A DNA stretch of 64,000 nt from an uncultured delta proteobacterium (GTDB taxonomy: Bacteria; Desulfobacterota; Desulfobacteria; Desulfobacterales; Desulfosalsimonadaceae): positions 992,001 through 1,056,000 of the forward strand of contig CAWGYD010000006.1 in NCBI GenBank assembly GCA_963826785.1, written 5' to 3'. The translations under genes and the position numbers were made by a program. Every line of letters starts with the position of its first letter. The stretch's first letter is position 1. This document shows, in pieces, positions 54,631 through 64,000 of this stretch. The notes beneath the pieces are model-generated. The model did not search any database. It saw only the letters and a program-made list of their open reading frames with translations, and was not told the DNA's origin.

Positions 54631-56079
54631 ATGAAAATCGTCTACAAAATTCATTTCATCAATGCGTGCGCCGTTATCCTGATTGCTCTGATCGGTTTTT
54701 ACGCCTACCGGAATCTGGACCTGGTATCGACTAATCTGCGCTTCATGGAAATAGCGGATGATCTGAACGCCTCTTTTCTCGAAGCACGGCTGGATGAAAA
54801 AAATTATCTCCTGTACAATGACAAGAGCGCCCTCCAGCAGCTTCGAGAACGGCTGGCAAATAGCCTTAAGATGATGGATTCGGTTAAACCCGACATCATT
54901 CGGGCCACCGGCAGTGACAATTTCGAACAGCTCAAGGCGAGCATCGCCGATTATCTCAAGTTGATCAAGATGATCGAGATCCATCCGAGCGTCAATCCGG
55001 CCATGCACAACCAAATTCGTGAGACGGGCCATGTTCTGCGGGAATTTTCAAAACACCTCATCAGCCGGGAGCGAAAGGAAACGCATGAAATCATAGCGGG
55101 TTCCAAAAAGGAGCTTTTCACATCGCTATCCGTGATGCTCCTGTCCGCCATTACCATCGGGTATCTGTTTTTTTTCAATATTTCATCCTCGCTGAACAAG
55201 ATCAAAAAAGCCGCCCGGTTCATCTCCGATGGAAAGTATTACGAAGTGGAAAAAGTTGAAATCCCAAAAGATGAGGTCGGATCGGTTCTGCAGGCCATCA
55301 ATTTCATGTCCCGGGAACTGCAGACCCGGGAGGCGCAGATCATCCAGGCCAAAAAGCTGGCTTCACTGGGCATTCTCACGGCCGGCGTCGCGCATGAACT
55401 GGGCAATCCCCTAAACAACATTTCCATGATCGCCCAGACCTACCTGGAGCATTATGACACGCTGAGCGTAAAGGACCGGTTTGACTTCATGCAGATGATC
55501 GAGGATGAGTCGGACCGGATCAAGGATATCGTGACCAATCTTTTGGACTTTTCCAAACCGAAAAAACAGGATTCCAGACAAATCGATATCGATGAAGTCA
55601 TCCATAGAAGTCTCAAGCTGGTTCAGAACATGATTGATATCAGCAATATCGATGTCCAGACGAACCTCCAGGCGGGGATTCCGCCCCTGATGATAGACGA
55701 GAACCGGATCATAGAGGTCATGGTCAACCTGATCACCAACTCCATGCACGCCACCCCGCCCGGTGGAAAGCTGACCCTTGCGACCCAGTGGAAAGATCAG
55801 GCCGAAATGATGGAAATCCTGGTGACCGATACAGGCAACGGGATACCGGCGGAGATTTTGCCGCACCTGTTCGATCCGTTTTTCAGCACCAAGGGGACCA
55901 GCGGGACCGGACTGGGGCTTTTCGTCAGTTACGGCATCATCAAAAATCATGGTGGAACCATCATTGTCAGCAGCGAAGTCGGCGTCGGCACGACATTTGC
56001 CATAACCCTTCCGGTGGGGCGCACCACCGGACAGGAAGGGCAAGTCAAAAAAACGCGTTCACCGGAAAAAAGGAGTTGA
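54631..56079 (+). CDS. Membrane sensor histidine kinase (TM - helical periplasmic sensor - TM - HAMP - HisKA - HATPase)
   Basis: GVAHELGNPL H-box, NLITNS, DTGNGI, FDPFFSTK, GTGLGL; DEVG HAMP motif. Confidence 0.93.
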   Translation: MKIVYKIHFINACAVILIALIGFYAYRNLDLVSTNLRFMEIADDLNASFLEARLDEKNYLLYNDKSALQQLRERLANSLKMMDSVKPDIIRATGSDNFEQLKASIADYLKLIKMIEIHPSVNPAMHNQIRETGHVLREFSKHLISRERKETHEIIAGSKKELFTSLSVMLLSAITIGYLFFFNISSSLNKIKKAARFISDGKYYEVEKVEIPKDEVGSVLQAINFMSRELQTREAQIIQAKKLASLGILTAGVAHELGNPLNNISMIAQTYLEHYDTLSVKDRFDFMQMIEDESDRIKDIVTNLLDFSKPKKQDSRQIDIDEVIHRSLKLVQNMIDISNIDVQTNLQAGIPPLMIDENRIIEVMVNLITNSMHATPPGGKLTLATQWKDQAEMMEILVTDTGNGIPAEILPHLFDPFFSTKGTSGTGLGLFVSYGIIKNHGGTIIVSSEVGVGTTFAITLPVGRTTGQEGQVKKTRSPEKRS

Positions 56080-56113
56080 TCTTTCTGCTCCAAAGAAATG
56101 GAAAGGATCGAAA

Positions 56114-56473
56114 ATGAACCGGAAAATAATGGTCATCGATGATGAATATGTGATCGGGAAAATGCTGAGGATCCATTTTGAAAAGGATGGTTTCGTGGTG
56201 GAGAGTTTTCTCAGTGCGGAGCCGGCATTGGCCCGTCTCAAGGAGGAAAAATTCGATCTGGTCATCACCGATCTGAAGATGAAGGGGATCGACGGCATGG
56301 AAGTGCTGCGAACCGTCAGATCGGAACTGCCGGGGACCAAAGTCATCATGATCACCGCCTTTGCGTGCCTGGATGCTGCCGTTGAGGCATTTCGCGGACA
56401 GGTGGACGATTTTTTCCCCAAACCGGTCAAGGTCAAGGATCTCAAGGCCCGGATCGAGCAGCTGCTGGCCTGA
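56114..56473 (+). CDS. Single-domain response regulator (receiver only)
   Basis: VIDDE, ITDLKM, MITAF, FPKP; 119 aa. Confidence 0.92.
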   Translation: MNRKIMVIDDEYVIGKMLRIHFEKDGFVVESFLSAEPALARLKEEKFDLVITDLKMKGIDGMEVLRTVRSELPGTKVIMITAFACLDAAVEAFRGQVDDFFPKPVKVKDLKARIEQLLA

Positions 56474-56508
56474 TGATCGCCAATCTTCCGGGCAAAAGCC
56501 GCACCCTT

Positions 56509-57000
56509 TCAGCACCATTCATGGAATACAGGTCCGTTCCTCAGGCTTTCATAAAGGGCGATGCCAACGGCTGTGGAAAGGTTGAGGCTTCGAATTTCCT
56601 TTCTGATGGGGATGTGGTAGGTGGAGGCCCGGCCGAAGGTTTGCACATACCAGGCCGGAAGACCTTCTGTTTCCGATCCGAAGATCAGAAACAGCCGGTT
56701 GCGGGAAGGAAGTTTCCAGACGGGCGAGGCGCCGGTTTTGGTAAACAGCGCGACCTCGTCTGCAATGATCCTGAAATGATCTTTTAAGGTTGAAAAATCG
56801 TTCCAGACGGTCAGGTTGACCCGGGGCCAGTAATCGAGCCCCGCTCGTTTGACCATCTTGTCGTCTATGGAAAAACCCAGCGGCTTGATCAGGTGCAGAA
56901 AAGCGCCGGCGCCCAGGCAGCTTCTGCCGATGTTTCCGGTGTTCCAGTGGATTTCGGGGGCAACCAGCACCACATGGCGTTCAATGGGGGAACAAGCCAT
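56509..57000 (-). CDS. trmL: tRNA (cytidine(34)-2'-O)-methyltransferase
   Basis: PEIHWNTGNIGR, PLGF, KRAGLDYW, FGSETEGL, RSLNLS SPOUT motifs. Confidence 0.92.
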   Translation of the reverse strand: MACSPIERHVVLVAPEIHWNTGNIGRSCLGAGAFLHLIKPLGFSIDDKMVKRAGLDYWPRVNLTVWNDFSTLKDHFRIIADEVALFTKTGASPVWKLPSRNRLFLIFGSETEGLPAWYVQTFGRASTYHIPIRKEIRSLNLSTAVGIALYESLRNGPVFHEWC

Positions 57001-57006
57001 AAAGGA

Positions 57007-57576
57007 TCAGAATGCCCGGGGCTTGCAGATGATTTCCCTGATCTTGAGGTCGAACATGCTGGACTGGTGGGCGGGTTTGATGACCAGCGCCGTGTCCGCC
57101 CCCTTGGCGGTTCCGCCGATGGCGATGATATCGTTTCCGGAAAGCGCCCCCGCGTCTGCGGCCATAATGGTAATCTCCACCGCCACCTTCGTCCCCTGGC
57201 CGAACAGGCGCAAGGTGTCGGCGATCAGCAGAACCGGGTAACTGCCGGTGTATTTTTTGGCGATGGAGCGTTCCACGCCGGAAAGCGCATGGGTGGCCTC
57301 CACCACCTTCACCCCTTCTTCTTCCAGGTCCTTTCGCACGTCCGCCTTCATGGCCCCCTGAAATGGCTCCTTGAACCCGCAATGATAGGTGACGGTGGTG
57401 ATCTTGAACCCCTTGAACACCTCCAGCGCCTTGTAGGCGGTTTCTCCCGAGGCGGAGGCGATCACGACCTCATTGATGCCGATTTCCTTTGCCCGGTCGC
57501 AGGCGAGTTCAAGCGTTTGTTGCGTGTTGATTTTGCCGGGTTCTTCAAAAATGGTGAACAGTTTTTTCATGCTCAT
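57007..57576 (-). CDS. Stand-alone pyruvate kinase C-terminal (alpha/beta) domain-like protein
   Basis: FEEPGKINT, VIASASGET, THALSGVER, GQGTKVAVEI..MAADAG, GGT.KGADTA. Confidence 0.8.
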   Translation of the reverse strand: MSMKKLFTIFEEPGKINTQQTLELACDRAKEIGINEVVIASASGETAYKALEVFKGFKITTVTYHCGFKEPFQGAMKADVRKDLEEEGVKVVEATHALSGVERSIAKKYTGSYPVLLIADTLRLFGQGTKVAVEITIMAADAGALSGNDIIAIGGTAKGADTALVIKPAHQSSMFDLKIREIICKPRAF

Positions 57577-57845
57577 GCCTGACTCCGATTTTTTGTCCGG
57601 GGAAAAATATTATCAGCAGAAACAGCCGATTGAAGTTCACAAATGATCGATTGGTGCCTGAAAAACTCAGCCGGTAAACCCCCGCGCAAACCACAAATCA
57701 CAAAAATCGGAATCGACGGGAGGCTGAACGTCACTCAATATCATATTTACAGATCATATGGACAAATATTATATTGTTACCATGGAATCCGTCAAGATGA
57801 AACGTGGATTCCAAATTTCAGGATTTGAAAGGATTTTGACCGAAG

Positions 57846-58691
57846 ATGATCGTGGATGTTCATACCCATATTTTCCCGCCGTCCATATGCCGGGACCGGC
57901 AGGCGTGTTTTGAAGGAGAGGAAGCGTTTCGACTTTTATATGATTCACCCCGGTCGAGACTGGTTGATGCCGAAAACCTGATCGCCGCCATGGATGCCCA
58001 AGGGGTGGATGTATCCGTGACGTTTGGATTTCCATGGAAGGATGCAAAACGATTCAAGCTCCACAATGATTATGTTCTGGAATCGGCGGCCCGATTTCCG
58101 GATCGTCTCATCGGCATGTGCTGCATGGATGCGGCCGCACCCCAGGCAGCCGCGGAAGTGGAGCGGTGCCTCGATGCGGGACTTTCCGGTGCGGGGGAAC
58201 TGGCCTTCTATGAGGGCGGCATCGACGAAGAAGCCATCCGGCGGCTGGAGCCGATCATGCGCCTTTGCGAAGACCGCGGCGCACCGGTGATGATCCACAC
58301 CAATGAACCGGTGGGACATCTGTATCCGGGAAAGACGGAAAATACCCTGGCCCAGATATACGCCCTTTGCTCCGTTTTTCCGGGAAACAAAATCATCCTG
58401 GCGCACTGGGGCGGCGGAATCTTTTTCTACCGGCTGCTCAAGAAGGAGGTCCGGGAAAAGCTGGCCAATGTCTATTACGACACGGCGGCCTCCCCCTTTC
58501 TGTACGGCCCGGAAATTTATCCGGTGGCCATCGCCGCCGCAGGCGCCGACAGGATTCTTTTGGGAACGGATTATCCCCTGATCGGGCCGAAGCGCTATTT
58601 TGCGGATCTTGAATCCGCCGGAATCACAGATGAGAATAGAACCTTGATCTGCGGCCAGAATGCATCGGCGCTGTTTGGCCTTATCCGATAG
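57846..58691 (+). CDS. Amidohydrolase family protein (Amidohydro_2)
   Basis: IVDVHTH, HNDY, IHTNE, LAHWGGG, YYDTAA, GTDYP. Confidence 0.9.
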   Translation: MIVDVHTHIFPPSICRDRQACFEGEEAFRLLYDSPRSRLVDAENLIAAMDAQGVDVSVTFGFPWKDAKRFKLHNDYVLESAARFPDRLIGMCCMDAAAPQAAAEVERCLDAGLSGAGELAFYEGGIDEEAIRRLEPIMRLCEDRGAPVMIHTNEPVGHLYPGKTENTLAQIYALCSVFPGNKIILAHWGGGIFFYRLLKKEVREKLANVYYDTAASPFLYGPEIYPVAIAAAGADRILLGTDYPLIGPKRYFADLESAGITDENRTLICGQNASALFGLIR

Positions 58692-58698
58692 GTGAATT

Positions 58699-59487
58699 TT
58701 GATGATGAGCAATTGCAGTGATGATCAAACAGGCTCGATTTACCGGGATTTGCGCCGGATGGCGTCTGAGATCGCATCGACGTATCCGCGCCTTGATTTT
58801 TATCCGGATCATGAAGAACAGGTGAGCGTTTCATCAGAATTCTTTGATTCGGATGAAATGGTGCGCGGGCTGCGGGAAGTGGTGGCCGGAAAAATCGAGG
58901 ACGATTTCGGCCACGGCATGGCACATGCGGACAAGGTGGCCCTGGACGCGGGCGTTCTGGTCATGATCGAATCGGGATGCACGTCGCTGAACGGAAATGA
59001 GATGCGCCATCAGGTCCGCCTGGCCCAGTGTGCGGGGCTCCTGCATGATATTGTCCGAAAAGAGGAGCACCATGCCCGGAAGGGGGCCGAAGCGGCGAAA
59101 GTGGTCTTGGCATCATTTTCACTGGCGGGTCCGGATGTGGAAGATATCTGCCTGGCCATTAAAAATCACGAGGCCTTTTCCGCCAATGACAAAAGCGCCA
59201 CCCGGCGGGGAGCGCTTTTGTCAGATTGCCTCTATGATTCGGACAAATTCCGGTTCGGCCCTGAAAACTTTACGAAGACGGTCTGGGACATGGTGGCCTT
59301 TGCCCATATCCCCTTGGGCCGGTTTATGAGCCTGTATCCGAGAGGAATGTCTTTTTTGAAAAAAATCAGGCAAACATTTCGCACCGAAACCGGCAGGGCG
59401 TACGGCCCTCAGTTCATCGACCAGGGGCTTGCCATCGGTGAGGATTTATACCGCTATATCCGCATGACCTACAAGGATATCCTGTAG
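58699..59487 (+). CDS. HD-domain protein
   Basis: GHGMAHA, LLHDI, HA..G, NHE, YDSDKF. Confidence 0.82.
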   Translation: MMMSNCSDDQTGSIYRDLRRMASEIASTYPRLDFYPDHEEQVSVSSEFFDSDEMVRGLREVVAGKIEDDFGHGMAHADKVALDAGVLVMIESGCTSLNGNEMRHQVRLAQCAGLLHDIVRKEEHHARKGAEAAKVVLASFSLAGPDVEDICLAIKNHEAFSANDKSATRRGALLSDCLYDSDKFRFGPENFTKTVWDMVAFAHIPLGRFMSLYPRGMSFLKKIRQTFRTETGRAYGPQFIDQGLAIGEDLYRYIRMTYKDIL

Positions 59488-59532
59488 GGAGGGTGCGGCC
59501 GGCTTTGATTTTCGTTTTTTTAATCTTGTTTT

Positions 59533-59817
59533 TCAGGCCGCGGATATGCCGGTCTGCCGGCGTTTGGCCGAAAGAATCGGCGTATTGAACACCAGCGCGG
59601 AGCAGTTGTCCGAGCGTTGAATATCTAAAAGAATCGATTCCCGGTCGATCTCGAAATACCTGGAAATAACCTCCACCAGGTCCTGCTGGAGATTGATCAG
59701 CATGTCATCTTTGACCTCCAGCTTGTCGTAAACCAGGGCGAATTTGAGCCTCTTTTTGGCAATATCCTTGCTGTCGGGCTTGTTCAGCAGTTTTTTCAGC
59801 ATTGTGTTGAAATTCAT
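59533..59817 (-). CDS. minE: Cell division topological specificity factor MinE
   Basis: SKDIAKKRLK, DLVEVISRYFEI; last gene of minCDE. Confidence 0.92.
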   Translation of the reverse strand: MNFNTMLKKLLNKPDSKDIAKKRLKFALVYDKLEVKDDMLINLQQDLVEVISRYFEIDRESILLDIQRSDNCSALVFNTPILSAKRRQTGISAA

Positions 59818-60626
59818 CTGGCATCCTTATTTTTTCGGCTGAATTTGAAGCCCAGTTTTTTCCAGATACTGTTCGGCTTCATGGGATTTTCAATGGGCAG
59901 GTCGGGATGCCCGTCCAGCCGCAGGGCGATCCGCTGCAGGGCCATTCCCGCTTTGGATTCTTTCTGCATCACCAGCGGAGCTCCTGTATTGCTGGAAACG
60001 ACCACTTTTTCATCCATTTCAACCAGGCCCAGAAGATCGATGGACAGGACATCCACCACGTCTTCGTGGCTCAGCATGTCACCGTTTTCAACCATTCTGG
60101 GAACGATCCGGTTGACGATCAGCTTGGGCGTGATGGAACGCGCATACAGAAGCCCGATCACCCGGTCGGCATCCCGGACCGAGGAGACTTCCGGGGTGCA
60201 GATCACCACCGCCTCATCCGCCGCGGCAATGGAATTTTTAAACCCCTGTTCGATCCCCGCCGGGCAGTCCAGAAGGGTAAAGTCATATTCTTTTTTAAAC
60301 CGGGAGGCCAGCCACTCCATGTTTTCGGGGCGGATGGCATCCTTGTCGTCGCTCTGGGATGCGGGAATCAGGAAAAGGTTGTCGATGCGGCGGTCCTTGA
60401 TGGCGGCCTGCTTCAGCTTGCATTTCCCCTTGATCACGTCCACGATATTGAAAACGATGCGGTTTTCCAACCCCATGACCACATCCAGGTTTCTCAAGCC
60501 GATATCCATGTCCACCACGGCCACCCGCTTCCCCTGCAATGCCAGCGCCGCACCGAGGGAGGCGGTAACGGTGGTTTTGCCGACCCCTCCCTTGCCTGAA
60601 GTTATAACGATGATTTTACCATCCAC
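59814..60626 (-). CDS. minD: Septum site-determining ATPase MinD
   Basis: SGKGGVGKTT, DIGLRNLD, DCPAGIEQG, PEVSSVRDADR. Confidence 0.96.
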   Translation of the reverse strand: MDGKIIVITSGKGGVGKTTVTASLGAALALQGKRVAVVDMDIGLRNLDVVMGLENRIVFNIVDVIKGKCKLKQAAIKDRRIDNLFLIPASQSDDKDAIRPENMEWLASRFKKEYDFTLLDCPAGIEQGFKNSIAAADEAVVICTPEVSSVRDADRVIGLLYARSITPKLIVNRIVPRMVENGDMLSHEDVVDVLSIDLLGLVEMDEKVVVSSNTGAPLVMQKESKAGMALQRIALRLDGHPDLPIENPMKPNSIWKKLGFKFSRKNKDAR

Positions 60627-60676
60627 ACGACACCTCTATGCCTAAAATAGGTTGGGTTGTACGAATCAAAACGGAG

Positions 60677-61363
60677 TTAACGGACTTCCGGCCAAGCCAG
60701 GCGCTTGAACGGGTTGGCCTTGATGTAATCATCCACGACAATGGCATTGCCTTCGATGAATGCAAATTCGGGCGACTTGCCGGTTGATCCGGGAACGCCG
60801 GCCGCCACGAAACCGCCGATCTGGATCTGGGTGGGCTTGAACTCAAGGGCCATGATGATGGCCTCTTCATTGTCCGGCTGGCCCGCCGACGCTTTTCCCT
60901 GGAGGCTGCCCAGGATGATGATGTCACCCCCGGCGGTCACTTCGGCGCCGGGGTTTAAATCTCCCATGATCAGCAGGTGCCTGCGGGCGTTGATCTTCTG
61001 ACCGGACCGGACCCGGCCGGCCACCATCAGGACATCGCTTCTGTAATGGTGCCAGGAGTTGCCCATGTCCTGCTGCCGAATCCGGTTTTTGTTCACCGGA
61101 CGATTTTTGGCCAGCGGTTTGGAAACATGCCCCACCTGAAATCGGGTTTTTAGAAACTCGCCCAGGGTCTCGATCAGGCGGTCGCAATCTTCATGCTCCC
61201 CCGGGTCCAGGATGACCCGCGCGTTGATGGCCAGGTGCTTGAGGCGTTCGAACGGTTTGACCAGGGCTTCCTGGAGCCGTTCCACCGGCAATGTGGGGTC
61301 AATGGTGACCAGGAGGCTGTCACCCACGCCTTTCAATTTCACGGGGAAGTCATTTTCAGTCAT
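60677..61363 (-). CDS. minC: Septum site-determining protein MinC
   Basis: VRSGQKI, GDLNPGAEV.AGG.I.ILG.LQG.A.AG, PTQIQIG. Confidence 0.92.
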   Translation of the reverse strand: MTENDFPVKLKGVGDSLLVTIDPTLPVERLQEALVKPFERLKHLAINARVILDPGEHEDCDRLIETLGEFLKTRFQVGHVSKPLAKNRPVNKNRIRQQDMGNSWHHYRSDVLMVAGRVRSGQKINARRHLLIMGDLNPGAEVTAGGDIIILGSLQGKASAGQPDNEEAIIMALEFKPTQIQIGGFVAAGVPGSTGKSPEFAFIEGNAIVVDDYIKANPFKRLAWPEVR

Positions 61364-61488
61364 ATTGGGAGGATGCCATTATCATCAGGTGAAAATCATA
61401 TATTTAGTATTCTTGTATATTAAAAATACTATATATATGTCAAGGAAAGAAAAGAAAGGATATTCAAAATATGCGCAGGTGAAACGGG

Positions 61489-63234
61489 CTAAAGCCGGCC
61501 CCTCCGGAGAATGGCCGACAGCAGCCATAACCCGAACAAAGCGGCCAGAAACAGGCAGATCAGGCCGAAAAACGAGATCTGGCCCCAAAGGGGAGGCGTT
61601 TTGGCGGCGATGAGCAGGGAGGCGCCGATGATCAGGGCGGCAATCATGATGGCCATGGCGATACGGTTGCCGATCCGGTTATGGGTGCGATGGACTTTAT
61701 CCATTACCTTTTCATCCACTTTCACGGACAGCTGACCATTCCGGATAATCCGTGAAATCTCCAGCATGTCGGCGGGGAAATGTTTGGCAAAATCCACCAG
61801 GTCCCCCGAGAGCGCATAGAAGTCGCCGGCCAGCCGCTGGGGCTTGATCCGGTCGACCTTGATCTGACGGATGAACGGAGTGGCCTGTTCGATCATGTCA
61901 AAATCCGGATCGAGCTGACGGGCGATCCCCTCGATGGTGGCCAGGGCCTTCATCATCAGGAAAATATCGGGCGGGATCCGCAGCCGGAAGCGGGAGACCA
62001 GCTGCAGCAGATCCTGCAGAAGCTGCCCGATATTGAGGTCTTTCAAAGCCTTGTAGAAGTGTTTGCCGATAAAGGCCGCCACTTCCTTTTCCAGAAGCCG
62101 GGTATCGGGCCGGGCATCCCAGAAGGTGATCTTGAGCAGCTGACGGGTGACAATCAGGGCATTCTGCTGGATCACGCTGTCGATGAGATCGACAAACGCT
62201 TCCCGGGACTTCTGGTCCACGGCCCCCACCATGCCGAAATCGAGCATGGCGATGACCTGGTTGGCCATGATGTAAACATTGCCCGAATGCGGGTCCGCGT
62301 GGAAAAATCCATGATCGAAAATCTGCTTCAGCAGGATGTCCGCCCCCCTCCGGGTGATCAGTCGTTTGTCGATCCGGGCCCGGTCCAGAGACGTGATATC
62401 GGAGACCTTGATGCCGTAAATGAATTCCATGCTCAGCACCCGGCGGCTGGTCAGCGCACGGTATACTTTCGGAATGTGGAGAGTGGGTTCGTCGGCAAAA
62501 TCCGAGGAAAAGCGCTCCATGTGATCCGCCTCGATATTGTAATCGAGTTCCCGGGCAATGGTCCGGGCGAATTCTTCCACGATCTGAACCGGTCGAATAA
62601 ATGAGAATTCTTCGATTTTTCCTTCCACCATGGAAGCCAGATGATACATGATGCCGATATCCACCCCCACCTGGCGCTGCAGCCCGGGCCGCTGAACCTT
62701 GACCGCCGCTTCCCGCCCGTCCCGAAGCCGGGCCTTGTGGACCTGGCCGATGGATGCGGAGGCCAGGGGGACTTCTTCAAAGTGGTCATACAGGTCCGAC
62801 AGGCGCCTGCCAAATTCGGACTCCACGATCGATTTTACTTCCGTAAACGAAAAGGGCGGGACCTGGTCCTGGAGTTTGGCCAGCTCGTTGATGAGCTCCA
62901 CGGAAACCAGATCGGGGCGCATGGAAAGCGCCTGTCCCAGTTTGATAAATGTCGGGCCCAGCTCTTCCAGGGCCATCCGGACCCGCTCGAACCGGGAGTG
63001 GCGGTTGAGAAAGGAACGGCGCCGTGCCGACAGCAGTTTTACCAGGGGGGCGATGTAGCGGGTAAGGTGAAGTGCGCTCAGCACATCTTCGAAGCCGTAC
63101 TTGATCAGGATCGCCAGAATCTGTCGGTAGCGGGCGTAATGGCGGTAGGTGATCCCCGCAGCACTGATTTGGCGAATGCTCCACATGTGATCAGATGACC
63201 TCTTGAATGTCATTGCCGACTTGCTGTTTCCCAA
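61489..63234 (-). CDS. AarF/UbiB family atypical kinase with C-terminal TM helices
   Basis: LGPTFIKLGQ, ASASIGQVH, KVQRPG, FHADPHSGN, DFGMVG; start uncertain (63186-63234). Confidence 0.9.
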   Translation of the reverse strand: MGNSKSAMTFKRSSDHMWSIRQISAAGITYRHYARYRQILAILIKYGFEDVLSALHLTRYIAPLVKLLSARRRSFLNRHSRFERVRMALEELGPTFIKLGQALSMRPDLVSVELINELAKLQDQVPPFSFTEVKSIVESEFGRRLSDLYDHFEEVPLASASIGQVHKARLRDGREAAVKVQRPGLQRQVGVDIGIMYHLASMVEGKIEEFSFIRPVQIVEEFARTIARELDYNIEADHMERFSSDFADEPTLHIPKVYRALTSRRVLSMEFIYGIKVSDITSLDRARIDKRLITRRGADILLKQIFDHGFFHADPHSGNVYIMANQVIAMLDFGMVGAVDQKSREAFVDLIDSVIQQNALIVTRQLLKITFWDARPDTRLLEKEVAAFIGKHFYKALKDLNIGQLLQDLLQLVSRFRLRIPPDIFLMMKALATIEGIARQLDPDFDMIEQATPFIRQIKVDRIKPQRLAGDFYALSGDLVDFAKHFPADMLEISRIIRNGQLSVKVDEKVMDKVHRTHNRIGNRIAMAIMIAALIIGASLLIAAKTPPLWGQISFFGLICLFLAALFGLWLLSAILRRGRL

Positions 63235-63400
63235 TCCCGGTAAATAGGGCCCACCGGGAAGGGTATGCGATCAAATCAAAAAGTAATTGAATCTTGCGGA
63301 CCGATCACTCCGGATGCAAAATCACATAGGCCTGACCATCCCGTAATCTGTTGAAATAAATTAAAAGTCTAAATCTCCTGCCAGTCAATCATTTCGCAAT

Positions 63401-63452
63401 CTTCGTGTCCTTCATGGAAAAGACAATGGCTTTGCACACGAAGGACACGAAG
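63401..63452. repeat. Inverted repeat built from 9-bp tandem units
   Basis: cttcgtgtccttcatg-N20-cacgaaggacacgaag (15 of 16 match). Confidence 0.65.
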
Positions 63453-63486
63453 GTGAAAATTTGATTTTTAAATCGTCATTTGTTCA

Positions 63487-64000
63487 TCAGGCGCCGAAGG
63501 CGGCATCGACCATTTCAACGGCGGCGCCGTTGGTGCGGGAAATGGAATCGAATTTGCCCATGGTGATCGGAATTTGGGACATGATGAAAAATTCCGCAGT
63601 TTTGACCTGGCCATAATAATAGGCGGCATCCTTGTTTTTCTCGGCTTTTTCCGCCATCGCTTTGGGGTCGTCGCCCCCGGCGAGTTTCTCCAGCTTGGGG
63701 TAGGCCACAGCGGCCCGCCACAGCAGCATCCACGCCGTGGTCAGGTCGCCGGTGACCTCCAGGAAGGGGTGGGCGAAGGCAAAGGCCTTGAGCACATCCG
63801 ACATGGCGGTTTTTGCCAGGTACATGGCGGTTTCCGTCAGTCTGGACAATGCGGCGTCAAACGCATCGGCGCTTTCCTTTAATCCCGGGATCTGCCGGGC
63901 TTCTTCCACGGTCTTCTGCATGAGGGCCAGGTAGTCGAGGAAGGGTTTTCCCTTTTTCATCCCCAGTTTCCGGCCCAGCAGGTCCATGGCCTGGATGCCG
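63487..64000 (-). CDS. Acyl-CoA dehydrogenase, C-terminal part (5' truncated by window edge)
   Basis: GIQAMDLLGRKL, AHPFLEVTGD...WMLL, YYYGQVKTAEFF. Confidence 0.88.
   Translation of the reverse strand, partial: GIQAMDLLGRKLGMKKGKPFLDYLALMQKTVEEARQIPGLKESADAFDAALSRLTETAMYLAKTAMSDVLKAFAFAHPFLEVTGDLTTAWMLLWRAAVAYPKLEKLAGGDDPKAMAEKAEKNKDAAYYYGQVKTAEFFIMSQIPITMGKFDSISRTNGAAVEMVDAAFGA

Overview
This window is core chromosome of a GC-rich anaerobic sulfate reducer, most likely Desulfobacterota/Desulfobacterales (inferred from qmoC and reductive-type sat). Recognisable housekeeping genes are qmoC (partial), sat, purF, carB, potABCD, arfB, glgP, murJ, tamB plus an Omp85 protein, a CdaA-YbbR fusion diadenylate cyclase, clpB, trmL, minCDE, two ABC1/UbiB kinases and a partial acyl-CoA dehydrogenase. 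I saw no rRNA, tRNA, CRISPR array, transposase or prophage gene. Nine single-base frameshifts, mostly in homopolymers, affect carB, tamB and two membrane-protein genes and look like long-read consensus errors. The best candidate for an undescribed system is 50441-56473. It has a palindrome-controlled promoter, an HD phosphohydrolase, two paralogous genes fusing a GspE/PilB N-terminal (T2SSE_N/MshEN-like) domain to 3 and 2 Arg-heptad DUF202 membrane repeats (5 in total, reminiscent of the pentameric VTC polyphosphate channel), a histidine kinase and a receiver protein. Also notable are a ~460 bp double-hairpin element between qmoC and sat, a Cys-less PurF beside a carB with no adjacent carA, a 144 bp MITE-like element and tandem-inverted minisatellite hairpins. 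All family assignments are by eye from motifs; no database search was run.
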